Below are positions 26,800 through 42,583 of a stretch of 64,000 nucleotides of DNA, piece after piece (positions within the stretch are counted from its first letter, which is position 1; the number at the start of each line of letters is the position of its first letter). The notes under the pieces were generated by a model, which saw only the letters and a program-made list of their open reading frames with translations, was not told where the DNA came from and searched no databases. The position numbers were made by a program, and so were the translations under genes. Source of the stretch: Octopus vulgaris (Eukaryota); assembly GCA_951406725.2 (NCBI GenBank), contig OX597834.1, forward strand, positions 496,001-560,000. Direction: 5' to 3'.

Positions 26800-27530
26800 T
26801 ATATATATGTGCATATATGTAGGTGTGAATGTTATATTCCATCTCTACTTTCTTCCTGTCTCTTCGACTCCATTCTTCCTCAGTCATGTGACCTCCCCAC
26901 CCATGCGCAACATTCCCCCCCTCCAACTTCATTCAATCTGCCAACACTCATTCTCTTCTATTCCGTCTCAAGAGACAATCGCTGGTGCCAAGCCTTATAA
27001 ACCTCGGTTTATTGGTTGGACCCAAACGCATTCAGTAATGTAAACCCAAGACAGGGAAGGTGCTGGGGCAGCGGTGAGCTCCTGCCCAGCTGAATCTGTG
27101 GACCGGTCGTCAGCTCCTTGTTGTTGTGGTTTCTCTTCGTTCAGTCGAGTCTCTGTGTTACTGTCACACCACTTCAGGAAGTCAAATATCACGTATTTAA
27201 CAGCCGAACACACGGACACAGAGACATAGAGAAATACAGACTTACACACACGTGTGTGTGTGTGTGTGTGTGTGCACAAATACATGCGCAGACACTTAAC
27301 ACAGCTAATACACATATATACATGAATGTAAAGACACACACACATATACAAACACATACGCATATAATACGCGCATACATACTTTCAGTGACGTAATTTA
27401 CACATACATCCTTACGCTTGTGCGTGCATGCAGACTCGCACACACGCGCACGTAAGCAATCAAACGCATACAACAGCAGACATACACACATAGGGAAGGA
27501 CATATACATAAACATACATGCTTACATACC

Positions 27531-27562
<32 letters not shown>

Positions 27563-28099
27563 CACTTACATGCACAAATCAATTTCACCTAAAACAAAAT
27601 TATCACGTGAATCAGTGATCACATGACATAGGGGATTGTGGGAAGACGGTGAGGGTTTCATAAAAGAAATTACTTTGTCAGTCAATGTGCGTGTGTGCAT
27701 GTATATATGTATGCATATGTGTATATATGTATATGTATGCGAGTGTATATGTGTATAAATGCGTGCATCTATAAATGTGCATTTATACATATTTATACAC
27801 ACCAATCTATATAAATGAGTGACTGCAGATGTGTGCAACTGTGAGTGCATGTGTTCGTGAGGATGCATGGCGTTTGTACCTATTTACCGAGACAGAAGCT
27901 GGCTGTCTATTGATCGTAACCTGTTCTTATACACACACACACACACACACACCATGCACCTCTTAGCATGTATGTGTAAGTACAACATTGACATACATAG
28001 ATACATACTCCTAAGCATAATTATGTGCGTGTATGTGTGTGTGTGTGTATATATATACAGGGAGAGAGAGAGAGCAAGAGAGTGAGGGAGTGAGAGAGT

Positions 28100-29305
<1,206 letters not shown>

Positions 29306-29307
<2 letters not shown>

Positions 29308-29825
29308 TGACGCATATTTGCCATTTGAATATGGCTAACCCCTAAGGGTGGATGCTACTGTAGTTTGTAGCCACAGGAAGATATCTCCTCCAGTTGGCTA
29401 TAGACACACTATGTGTCCTCTCAGTATTTGTGAAGGGGAGTCATCCTCCCCGTCTTCAACTCATGATACACACGGACTCGAGTTTCAAGGTGTTTACCTC
29501 TCATCAGCGTGTGACAATCATGGTTGTCGACGAGAAGTCAGCTCCCTTCACAAATACATATACTTTTTCCAGTGTCGATTGACACTGATATTGATATGTA
29601 TAATTACATATATCTACGAGCCAGATAAAAGTCCTGCAGTTCATTCTGCCCAACCCTCCTTACAGTTCTGCCAGGCCTTTGCCCTCGATTGCTTATTTTG
29701 TGTCGATCCCAGAACGATGACAAGTCAAGCTGATCTTAGGAGAATTTGAAACCAGGGTATAGAAGGTGAGAACAAATACAGCGAGGCATTCTAGGCAATT
29801 TTTAATGACCCTGGCTATTGGCTGT
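29306..29825 (-). mobile_element. Hammerhead-bearing non-coding retroelement (retrozyme/pLTR-like), copy 2
   Basis: About 520 bp of complex sequence between TA/TG tracts. Hairpin 29424-29557 (GTATTTGTGAAGGGGAG...CTCCCTTCACAAATAC) is capped by a hammerhead. No convincing ORF. Confidence 0.7.
29469..29513 (-). ncRNA. Minimal type I hammerhead ribozyme
   Basis: Minus strand: CACACG (helix I)-CTGATGA-GAGGT AAAC ACCTT (helix II)-GAA-ACTCGAGT (palindromic helix III)-C/CGTGTG. GUC cleavage triplet; predicted cut between 29475 and 29474. Confidence 0.88.
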
Positions 29826-30922
29826 GTGTATAATGTGTATAATGTGTTTGTGTATAAAGTATACAAATATCTTTTTATGTAATATATGTGTGTTGTATAT
29901 ATATATATATATATGTATATATATGTATGTATGTATCCAAGTGTGTATATAATATAATGTGTACATGTGAGTTTGTATGTGTGTAACACAGCAGTCTTTT
30001 AAATAGACCAGCTTGCTCTCCTTAAACTTGATCTACTTTCACGCGCCATGCTCTCTTTTCATTTCTTAATTCTAATATTATTAAACCCTAAATTCAGTTG
30101 ATGTACTGAGCGATAAACATTAAAAGGAAACCCTACCCACACACACATACGCGTATACACGCACACATACGCGTACACACGCACACGCACGCATGCACGC
30201 ACACATACATGCACGCGGATACAGAAGGAATGAAAGAGAAGATGGAGATGTGATAGAAGAAGTGAGAGAGGCAACTGAGACAATATCAATATATTTACAG
30301 TCCGTATTTTTAGTCAGAATCCAACATACGTTATCATCACAAATTTTTTAGGAATCACACAAAATCGTGTTATCGTTTATTAAAATCTGTTTTTTACACA
30401 AACCTCCATTTTCGAAATCTGCTGTCAAACCCTTCTATATTATATTATCATACCCCACTCATCACACATATTCTCTCCACCCCACACACCAAATTTACCT
30501 ATCCCCTACATTTCCCCTCTCTCTCTCTCTCTCTTCGCCATCATTCAACGATCGTTCATCGAATTCTCACCAATCAACGAAACTCTGCTTTCACTTTCAC
30601 TATCGTAACTCCAGCAGCAGACATCACAACTCATTTTTACTTCCATATTCAACCTTCAGTCACGATTCAGTTTACCACCAGCGATCAGCTGCAATACCAG
30701 CCCCTATTTTCACATTGATTACCTTCATCGTTATCTAAGAAACCTCTAGCCCCATTGATTTCCGACCCTAATCCCTACTACCATCCAACCCCAAATAACT
30801 CGATATATACGGAACCTCACACCAACACCAACTGTCATCAGGCACCAACACTTCACTTTACAAGAAACTACAATGCTGCATTATACAATCGAGTCGCCTC
30901 ACACAGCAGCAACCCTACCTAT

Positions 30923-30963
<41 letters not shown>

Positions 30964-31414
30964 CCCGTGTCTCCCACTCTCTGTTTGTTTGTCTGCCGCT
31001 TTCTCTTTTCTTTCTCTCTCCCCCTTCTGTCTTTCTGTCTCATCAAGAGGAGACAATCCCTACATTCAACAAGTGAGAGACGAGGGTAAACAAGTTATAC
31101 AGGGATGGAGAGCGGAAGATAGAAGAGTACATTATGAGAGAGAGAGAGAGAGAGAGAGAGAACGAGGGAAGAAAGAGAAAGAGAAAAAGAGAGTTGTCAC
31201 ATAAAGCAGTAGTAGTAGTATGTGTATGTAGGGGGAACGTATGGCAGTGGGTGGTGGGAGGTGGCGTAGGAATAGTTCTACTGACTCCACCTCGCTCGCT
31301 GTCATTCCACTCCCCTCCCCCCACTGGCATATTTCTTAGAATTGCAACATTAAAAATGCTATGATAACACTATACATGTATGTGTATGTATACATGCGTG
31401 TGTGTGTGTATACA

Positions 31415-31461
<47 letters not shown>

Positions 31462-31730
31462 GTGTTTGCGTGTGTGTGTGTGTGTGTGTTTGCGTGTTTG
31501 CGTGTGTGTGTGTGTGTGTTTGCGTGTACATAAATGTGACATTTGTACGTCGCTGTGTCGTGACTGTGCATAAATCGTCCGCCGTTGCGCTCGCAAACAC
31601 TCACACACTTCAACACAATACATACATTCGTATACACATACATACTCACGCGCACACACACACACCTATGTATATTTACAGACAGACACGTGCATTCGTG
31701 CATACATATAAGCACACTAATATATACATA

Positions 31731-31774
<44 letters not shown>

Positions 31775-31817
31775 GAGACACATACATATGCATATACACT
31801 CACATAAACATATACAT

Positions 31818-31874
<57 letters not shown>

Positions 31875-32277
31875 CACTCACATATGCATATACACTCACA
31901 TAAACATATACACACACACATATATATATATATATATGTATATATACACACACATATATATATATACACATACATATATGCACACATATACTGACATATA
32001 CACGCATAAACCTACACAGATATGTATACGCATGCATACACATATATACACACACATATGTTCACACACTCACCGCTACATATATAATGGCTGTACAAAA
32101 CACCTGAGTTAATAGCCCCTAACTCCAGAAGAAGCTCTCCCCTTTTCCGTCACACTCCACCATCTTTATAAAAGACCTGTTGTTGTCTCCTGCCTCTTGT
32201 ACCGCTACTAAGTTGGTCACTATTCCTCAAAGCTGACTGGTCCTACACCCCACCACTAACTTTCACTCAGACATCCC

Positions 32278-32317
<40 letters not shown>

Positions 32318-32619
32318 CATAAAGCCACCTCCCCCCATCTCAACCCACATTGCTTAATCGAATTTGGTATAAATGGCGAAATTGAATCAAGATCCTCCGA
32401 AATATGTTCAAAATTTACATTCCCCCGACCCTCACCCCTATTACCCTCGACATCTCTAAGGAATTCGGTTGAAATTGTTTGTTGCTGGTATTTCATATGG
32501 GATAAATGAAAACTGTTTAATTATTATTTCAATTGAAATGTCTGCGCACGCCGGGCAAGAGTTTATGGTTGGTGATGATGGTGGGGTTCTGTAAAATAGA
32601 AAGGGTTCGGTGATTTGGG

Positions 32620-32665
32620 GAAATTCTGATAATGGGTTCCACAGCATAAGTTTGGGAACCACTCA
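32620..32665. mobile_element. Possible hAT/Charlie-type terminus
   Basis: GGGTTCCACAGCATAAGTTTGGGAACCACT resembles the ...GTTTGGGAACCACTG end of Charlie-like MITEs; the partner end was not identified. Confidence 0.3.
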
Positions 32666-33189
32666 GACAATTAAGAGGGTTGAGTGATGCCGTGAGGAAA
32701 GCATCAGTTGCCAGAAAATCGGCTCTGCCAGGAGTTCGAATCCATTCTCCATTTAACAAACTCCAACCCCAAAATGATTTCCCGGAAACTAAAGAAAATA
32801 TCTAAAAAAAAAAGTAATAATAAATGGATAAATAAAGGTTTTAAAAGAATTTACTTCGGTTAAGTTTTTTTTTCTTCGTTTTTAATGGGATTGTTGCTAC
32901 TGTACATAAAGCCCGCGGTCGATATTTAACTTGTATATTTCACAAGACTGCTGGATCGAAGCTGACCTATGATTAAACAATAGCTATAAGATCGTCTGTT
33001 AAAGTGCTAACCAAGGAAGTTCTATGTGGAAGCTAGCGTGGCAAGAAATAGTAGCCAAATCTCCTTCATGAAGAAAGGATACATTGGACAAAGTAACTCT
33101 AGATCAATAAAAATAACCATGAGTGGAATGCCCACTTAGCACCTTTTGGAGTAAACAACAAAATCAAAGGCTGTTGATTAATTAGTTAT

Positions 33190-33218
33190 TATCATCATCA
33201 TCATCATCATCATTATTA

Positions 33219-33265
<47 letters not shown>

Positions 33266-33570
33266 GAGTGAGAGAGCAGCATACGCCATCAAAGTATTTT
33301 ATATAAAGCCTGATAAGGAGGGTTCACAAGGTACAAGCATTATAAACATATGTGAGCGACATGATGGCCTGATGTCAAGATAAACAGCGCATGACCTTGC
33401 AGGTAGGGGCCCCAGTAAGAATTGTTTTCATCCTGCTGAAAATGTCTCTGAATAAGGGTTGTTTAATGATGATGAACGAAGCACCAATGTTTCCAGGGAC
33501 GAAGTATTCAAACCCCAAAGAATCCCTCTCAGCACATGGCTGTGATGCTCCCCCACTACTCCTGTTCACA
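33190..33570 (-). mobile_element. Possible 3' UTR remnant of a non-LTR retrotransposon with (TAA)n tail
   Basis: A complex block abuts an (ATT)n tract at 33265. Family assignment is from resemblance only; no ORF motif. Confidence 0.3.
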
Positions 33571-34169
33571 ATTATTTTTTAGGAGATATAAAACAAAATT
33601 TCAAGAAATTGCTGCATAAATTGTCATGGCAACAATTATTGATCAAAGAAATAATTGAAGTGTTGGAGACTCTCCCACCACACAGACATTGGGTGAGGAC
33701 AAGAAAGTTGATTCAATGAATGACTGGTATTTTATTGTATCAACCCGAAAAATTTGAAAGGTGACTTCGGTGGGATTCGAACTAAGAACATAAAATACCA
33801 TGAGGCAATTTGTTCAACTTTTGACCAATTTCGACATTCTTCAGGAAAGACTCGAAACCGAATCGATGCCAGCTACAAAGAATTGATTGAACATGTGACT
33901 GAAGGTGAATCATCAAGTGGGAGTGAGAGGGAATAGAATAGAATAGAGAGGGAGATGGAGAGAGGGGGGAGAGGAAGAGTTAGTCTATGTAGAGAGAGAA
34001 GTGATACAGACATTAAGAGGGGGTGAACGAGAGTGAGAGAGAGAGGAGATAGAAAGACTAGCGAAAGTGGCAGGTGGAGGCTTGTGCAAATGAGAAATTT
34101 AAGTGAGGGCAGTAGTAAGAGTTACACACACACACACACACATACACACACACACACATATATAGATGC

Positions 34170-34329
34170 AAGCGTGGCTGTGTGGTCAGTAGCTTGCCTA
34201 CCGACCACATCGTTCTGGGTTCAGTCCCAATGCGTGGCACCTTGTGCAAGTGTCTACTACCATAGTCTCGGGCCGACCAAAGCCTTGTGAGTGGATTTGG
34301 TAGACGGAATCTGAAAGAAGCTAGTCGTA

Positions 34330-34375
<46 letters not shown>

Positions 34376-34692
34376 TATACATATATATACATATATATAT
34401 ATGTATATATATATGATGTATGTATGTATGTATGTATGTATGTATGTATGTATGTATGTATGTATGTGTGTCTGTGTGTCTGTATCTGTTCTCCCAACAT
34501 CGCTTGACAACCGGTATTGATGTGTTTACGTCCCCGTTATCTAGCAGTTCGGCAAAAGAGACCGATATAATCGGCGAAAGAGACCGATACAATACTAGGC
34601 TTACAAAGAATAATTCATGGGGTCGATTTTTTTTTACTATATAAGGTGCTCCAGCATGGCCGCAGTCAAATGACTGAAATGAATAAAAGAAT
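34170..34692 (+). mobile_element. SINE family A with expanded internal microsatellite
   Basis: Colinear with 866-1272; internal (TA)/(ATGT) tract ~150 bp; small internal duplication near 34550-34590. Confidence 0.88.
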
Positions 34693-34857
34693 ATATATAT
34701 ATATATATATTAGACGTGCGTATGTGAGAGGGGGGGAGAGGAGGGAGAAGTAAAGAGACGTAATTAATGGAAGTAGTAAGAGGGAAAAAGGGAAGAATTT
34801 AGTTCCAATTTTAAGTTTTGAGCGAAAAAATTAAGTTTTCGTACCATTTACAAATAA

Positions 34858-35035
34858 AGGTTTCAACTTTTGGCACAAGGCCAGCAATGTTTTGATATGG
34901 GAGGGTAAGTCAATTACATCGACCCCAGTGCTCAACTGGTACTTATTTTATCCACCCTGAATTTGAACTCAGAACATGTAGACAGACGAAATGCCGCTAA
35001 ACATTTTGTTGCGAGTGTTAACAATTCAGCCAGTG
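34858..35035 (-). mobile_element. SINE family D (Meta/Nin-domain-like core)
   Basis: Reverse complement of the ...ATAAAATAAGTACCAGTTGAGCACTGGGGTCGATGTAAT...GCTGGCCTTGTGCCAAAA segment seen at 59776-59985. Confidence 0.7.
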
Positions 35036-35093
35036 TCTTACGATGTGCGAAATGAGGCTCTCACATTACTGACGCTGTTACTGTTCTAGCAAT

Positions 35094-37558
<2,465 letters not shown>

Positions 37559-38179
37559 GAAACAGCAGCATTTGATTGTATTCTAGGAACAGACAATAAT
37601 AGTACTGTATTGTGGTAGAATGAAACAACTTGCAATTCGTTCCTCTGCTTGTTTTCTGTAATAAAACACTTCTTCATCCAATATTTTTTGTTAATGAGGT
37701 CCTTACTGATTGATTGTTCAGCATTTAATGAGCTTAACATGTCTTCTTTCACGCTATATTCCGCTTCTGGCCTGGTGGTTAGACAGACAGACAGACCAAG
37801 TTTTCGACTTTTGTAAGGAATATCTTTCTCTAGATATTTTCTCGTGGTGTTCGACTTTCAACACGTAAATCTAGTTTCCCCTCAATTTGGGTTCAAAAAG
37901 AAAAAGAAAAAAAACCCCCGCAGGGTTCGACTATTTCGACGATCATTAATGGGGTCAGATATCATTGCTTGTAACTCTATGGTTTCACGTTCGATCCGAT
38001 TGTACAACACTTTGAATATCTTCTATTCTTGCCTAGGGCTCAAAACATTGTCGGTAAAATTTAGCTGAAGTAAATCGTGTGACAGAACTCCCTCCCACCC
38101 CATCAGATAAATCGACATTTGGGTTGCAGTCGAGTAGGCCTAATCGATTGTCTTCTACAACACTACATAGGGCCCTTTT

Positions 38180-38600
38180 ACAGAATTCATTTAGGTCTTC
38201 GATCTTGGGTTTTCTTTCTCCCTCCACCCAAACACTCACAAAGACCCTAAAAAGTGTCGTCAGTTCTGTTATTTTCTCTCCAAGTAAAATAAAACAAGAA
38301 ATAGTTTCTCATCTGTCAGAAGTGAAAGATGCCTGTGAATTGATTGGAGTGACAACAGCTGGCTGCTTGACTTCACAGCCTCCCACCCCATCCTCTTCAT
38401 TATATGCTGAGTCATCAGTTTGATTTGATACTAACAAAGCTGCCAACTTGTTAGATCGATTTGAAGCTGAGATAGTAAGAGGAACAACACTAACTGAAAC
38501 ATTCCCCCACTTGCAGCTGCCCCGGTTCTCCATTGATGTTCCCTCTCTGGTTTCACTGCAATCAATGTCATTCCATTCAGCAGAGAAGAACCTTCTACAC
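38180..38600 (+). pseudogene. Possible highly decayed CR1/L2-like LINE C-terminal fragment
   Basis: Weak motifs SILGF and AANLLDRFEAEIVRGTTLTETFPHLQLPR..VPSL resemble the LLDR.Q...LT..L..L..RR.V.SL region; judged by eye only. Confidence 0.3.
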
Positions 38601-39923
38601 ATTGACTTTTATCGAACGCAACCGGGGTGGAGGGACGGGTGGAAGAGAAGACAGAGTCAGACATGGGCATGCGGTGAAGAAGCTCGCTTCTCCATTGCAT
38701 GGCCCGCGGTTTCCATCCCATTACGCTGTATATGGGTCAATTATCTTTTGGCAAAGTCTCGAGTAGACCATTACATTCGGGGTGGAATTTGGTTGACGGA
38801 GACTGCGCAGAAACTCGTCATATTGTACATATATAAACGATGTCTGATGTACTCTCAACACAAGATTGAAACCTAGTACACTGGATTCGTGTTTTTCTTT
38901 TGTCCATGAAGGTATTTTATTCATAGGTAAGGTGGTCACATCTGTGTGTGTCTGTGTGTCTATGTATGTACGCACACACACACATACACACTCACACATA
39001 CATTATGTTAGCTTTGTATAGACATCTGTCTATTTGTACAATGTCAGCTAAAAGTCAACAGTTGTATTCCGTATCACAATGCAGCACTGAAACATAAAAC
39101 GTTGACAAACCAGGAACTTATTGAAGAGAATAAAAAGATACAAAGGAGAGGTTGAGCCTCACAGATATTCTAAAACGAAAAAATGGGGTACTTCTGAAGT
39201 CGGTGTGGAGGAGGGGGACAAGAAGAATCCTGAATAAACGATTAGAGCGATTAACTGAGATACTTATTCAAAAAGTTTCTTTTTTTTTCAGTTTTGATTG
39301 AATTATGTAAATTAGATATGGAGTTTAATCTGTCGCAGAATATAGAAATGAGTTTAAAACATTGTTTTGTGGTTTTTGTTGTTGTTTTTTTTTTCACTGA
39401 ATATTGGAATAACCTGACATACATTTTGTCTTATGATCCAATAGGAAAAGAAATGGAAGGTACCATTATCCTTTGTAGGGCCTCCGACTTAATACTGATA
39501 ACGGATAGGCAGAGAGTAAGACTATGATAACTTCAGAGTGGGACCCTGGTCGGAATGTTTGTAAGACAATGGAATCTTGCGGTATCTAACGGTCAGCTGT
39601 GGTGATGGCCATGTTAAACCACGTGACATCTGGTCAGATGACCACAGATTTACAGCTGCTGCTTTCGAACCGGGGTTTATGGAATGCCTGCAACCGATTC
39701 TCTTCCTTCTCAAGGACAGAGACAGTATTTTGACGGCATTGTAGTTGCTGGTGGTGTTCTTGATAGCCCTGATCGAGTAGATTTATGTTTCAAAACATGC
39801 CAACCGTGACTCTATGGTATTTTATTTCTAAGCTAAGAAGAATCTGACCCAACATGTTCTTTCTCTAAAGTGGATACGTTGTTATTTGAGGGAAACTGGC
39901 CCACAGATGGGGGTGCTGGACGT

Positions 39924-40046
39924 CCTGTTCAAAAATATAAGGATACAGATATTGTGTCGTACAGCCAGCTAGAAACCGATGTTTCCTGGGGTTAAACAAC
40001 AGTAACAATCATCCTATCCAGGACAGCCACCTTATGTTGGCAAATA
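39924..40046 (+). mobile_element. Truncated 3' part of the hammerhead-element family, copy 3
   Basis: TTCAAAAATA..AGGATACAGATATTGTGTCGTACAGCCAGCT...TTCCTGGGGTTAAACAACAGTAACA...AGCCA...TGGCAAATA aligns with the reverse complement of 29312-29435. Confidence 0.6.
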
Positions 40047-40107
40047 GCCTTTACTTTAAAGAACTGTTACTGAATATCTCTGTTTGAGAGATTTAGATAA
40101 TAATAAT

Positions 40108-40274
40108 GTGGAGTGGCTGTGTGGTAAGTAGCTTGTTTACCAACCACATGGTTCTGGGTTCAGTCCCACTGTGTGGCATCTTGGGCAAGTGTCTTCTGCT
40201 ATAGCCCCGGGCCGACCAATGCCTTGTGAGTGGATTTGGTAGACGGAAACTGAAAGAAGCCAGTCGTATATATG

Positions 40275-40305
<31 letters not shown>

Positions 40306-40530
40306 GTATGTGTGTGTCTTTGTGTGTCTGTGTTTGTTCCCCTAGCATTGCTTGACAACTGATGCTGGTGTGTTTACGTCCCCGTCACTTAGCGGTTCGG
40401 CAAAAAGAGACCGATAGAATAAGTACTGGGCTTACAAAAGAATAAGTCCCGGGGTCGAGTTGCTCGACTAAAGGCGGTGCTCCAGCATGGCCGCAGTCAA
40501 ATGACTGAAACAAGTAAAAGAGTAAAAGAG
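40108..40530 (+). mobile_element. SINE family A, near full length
   Basis: Near-identical to 866-1272 including the GTAAAAGAGTAAAAGAG tail. Confidence 0.9.
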
Positions 40531-40842
40531 TATATATATATCGGTATAATCAACGGCTATGTCGATAAAATACCAGTGTTATATTAGGGATTGATCTGTT
40601 GACTACACCAGTTGACTTCGTTTCAAGTTTTTGTAACTATTTCCCTGTAATTAAGGGACACTGTTGCTGCGCGCGCTCAGATGTACGTATACCTTAAGTG
40701 ATGTAAGATACCTTAAGTGATTAATTATTCATAGCGTTTTTATCAAACTGACCAATTACAAATGCATAATTAATTAGTTGCTGAAATTCTAAATTAACTT
40801 TTCAACTTAATTTAATAATCGTTTATCGGTTTTTCTGGTAGA

Positions 40843-40880
40843 TCACGTGATTATTAATCACGTGAACTACGCATCACGTG
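40843..40880. promoter_or_regulatory. Cluster of three TCACGTG E-boxes (candidate enhancer)
   Basis: CACGTG at 40844, 40859 and 40875 in non-repeat DNA rich in TAATTA motifs. Confidence 0.4.
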
Positions 40881-42049
40881 GAAAACAAGAAGAATAAAAA
40901 CGATGACGGTCTGGTTCGGCTTTAAAGAACAATTCCGAATAATAATATCCAGGAGTTCCTGTATGAAAAGCTAACAGTAAAGTTGGTTGTAACGCAGTTA
41001 ATGTAATGAGTCGAAATCTAGAAAAACTAATTAAAATTATAGCAATAGCAATGGGGATAACATTATTATTCATGTGATTAATTTTGGTCAAGAAAATTAG
41101 GGGAGACAATTCTGTATTAAGAATTTTGTTTTTGTGGGTAATTTTGGAAGATTCTGGATGTGAAACTTATATTGTAATTTTGGAAGATTCTGGATGTGAA
41201 CTCATGCTGAAACTTATATTGTAATTTGAGTGAGACATTTTGCTAACGAAACACACACACAGGTTGTATTTCACTTTAGTTGTATTATAAATTAATTATG
41301 TAATTAGTAAATTTTTTTAAAGTATATTTTATATAATGGCCATTGACCTTCTCGATGACAATGTGCTCCTCATGGATCTTCTCTCCCTCAGCTAAAATCC
41401 CTGTATATTATCCTAATGACGAAGGCGGCTCGGTCTGCTAAAGGTAATAGTTAGACCTCATATCACACTCCAAACGAAAAGCAGGTCGCAGTAGCAATGC
41501 TATCCAGGAGAGAAAAATATATTAAGATACGGTCGCGGATGAGGCTGTTCTACTCAAGCAGATCTGACTCGGGGCGAAGCAGCAACAGAAGCTCGAAGCG
41601 ACTGCAGCGAACGGCCATCATTATTGTCCTCCTCCTGCTATCTCTGAAGGGAAAAGAAGCAGTGTGTGTGTATGTGTGTGTGTGTATGTATGTGTGTGTG
41701 CGTGTGTGCGTCTGCGTGCGTGTGTGTGTGTGCGCGTGTATTATATGTATATATATGGAGAGTGTTCTATATGCGACGGTGTGTGCGTGTTGGTGATGCA
41801 TATTTATGTAAATACACAGTGTGTCTATATAGACCGGAGTGTGTGGGTGTATGTGTGTGTATGACATGTGATATGTGTGTTTGAACTTAAGCTTTGTATA
41901 CGTGAGTGTGCGCTACGCAAGCAAAGAAACAAAAAAAATGTATGTGTGTGTGTGTGTGTGTGTGCTTGTGAATAGGTCGCAACATAATATAGATGTATAT
42001 GTGTATGTGTGAGGATATGTGCGCGGATGTCTTTATGTGTGTGTATAAC

Positions 42050-42183
42050 GATAGAATAGAATAGAATAGAATAGAATAGAATAGATAGATAGATAGATAG
42101 ATAAAATAGAATAGATAGATAGATAGATAGATAAAATAGAATAGATAGATAGATAGATAGATAGATAGATGGATGGATGGATG

Positions 42184-42237
<54 letters not shown>

Positions 42238-42242
42238 ATAAA

Positions 42243-42276
<34 letters not shown>

Positions 42277-42317
42277 GGATGGATGGATGGATGGATAGAT
42301 AGATAGATAGATAGATG

Positions 42318-42366
<49 letters not shown>
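42050..42366. repeat. Compound (ATAGA)n/(ATAG)n/(ATGG)n microsatellite
   Basis: Direct tandem repeat. Confidence 0.95.
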
Positions 42367-42367
<1 letters not shown>

Positions 42368-42554
42368 CAAACAGACAGATGTAGAAACACAGATATATAT
42401 AAATTGTGTGTGTGTGTATATAATGCGTACGTATGTAGGTTAAGGTGTAACAGTCCAGTGACAAGTGACTGCATGGTGGTAAACATCAGCAGGTGCGTGC
42501 AGGTTGACTGCGGGCCGTGTGCAAAATTACATGGCATCGATTGAATAAATTACA

Positions 42555-42583
42555 TGACGTCATCTAGCTAACCGACCAATCAG
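42555..42583 (+). promoter_or_regulatory. CRE palindrome plus CCAAT box (candidate regulatory module)
   Basis: TGACGTCA at 42555-42562 and CCAATCAG at 42576-42583; motif match only. Confidence 0.3.

Noticed and set aside
41138-41228. Direct repeats (GTAATTTTGGAAGATTCTGGATGTGAA x2) as a CRISPR-like array
   Set aside because: Only two units, no unique spacers of regular length, eukaryotic context; a simple local tandem duplication.
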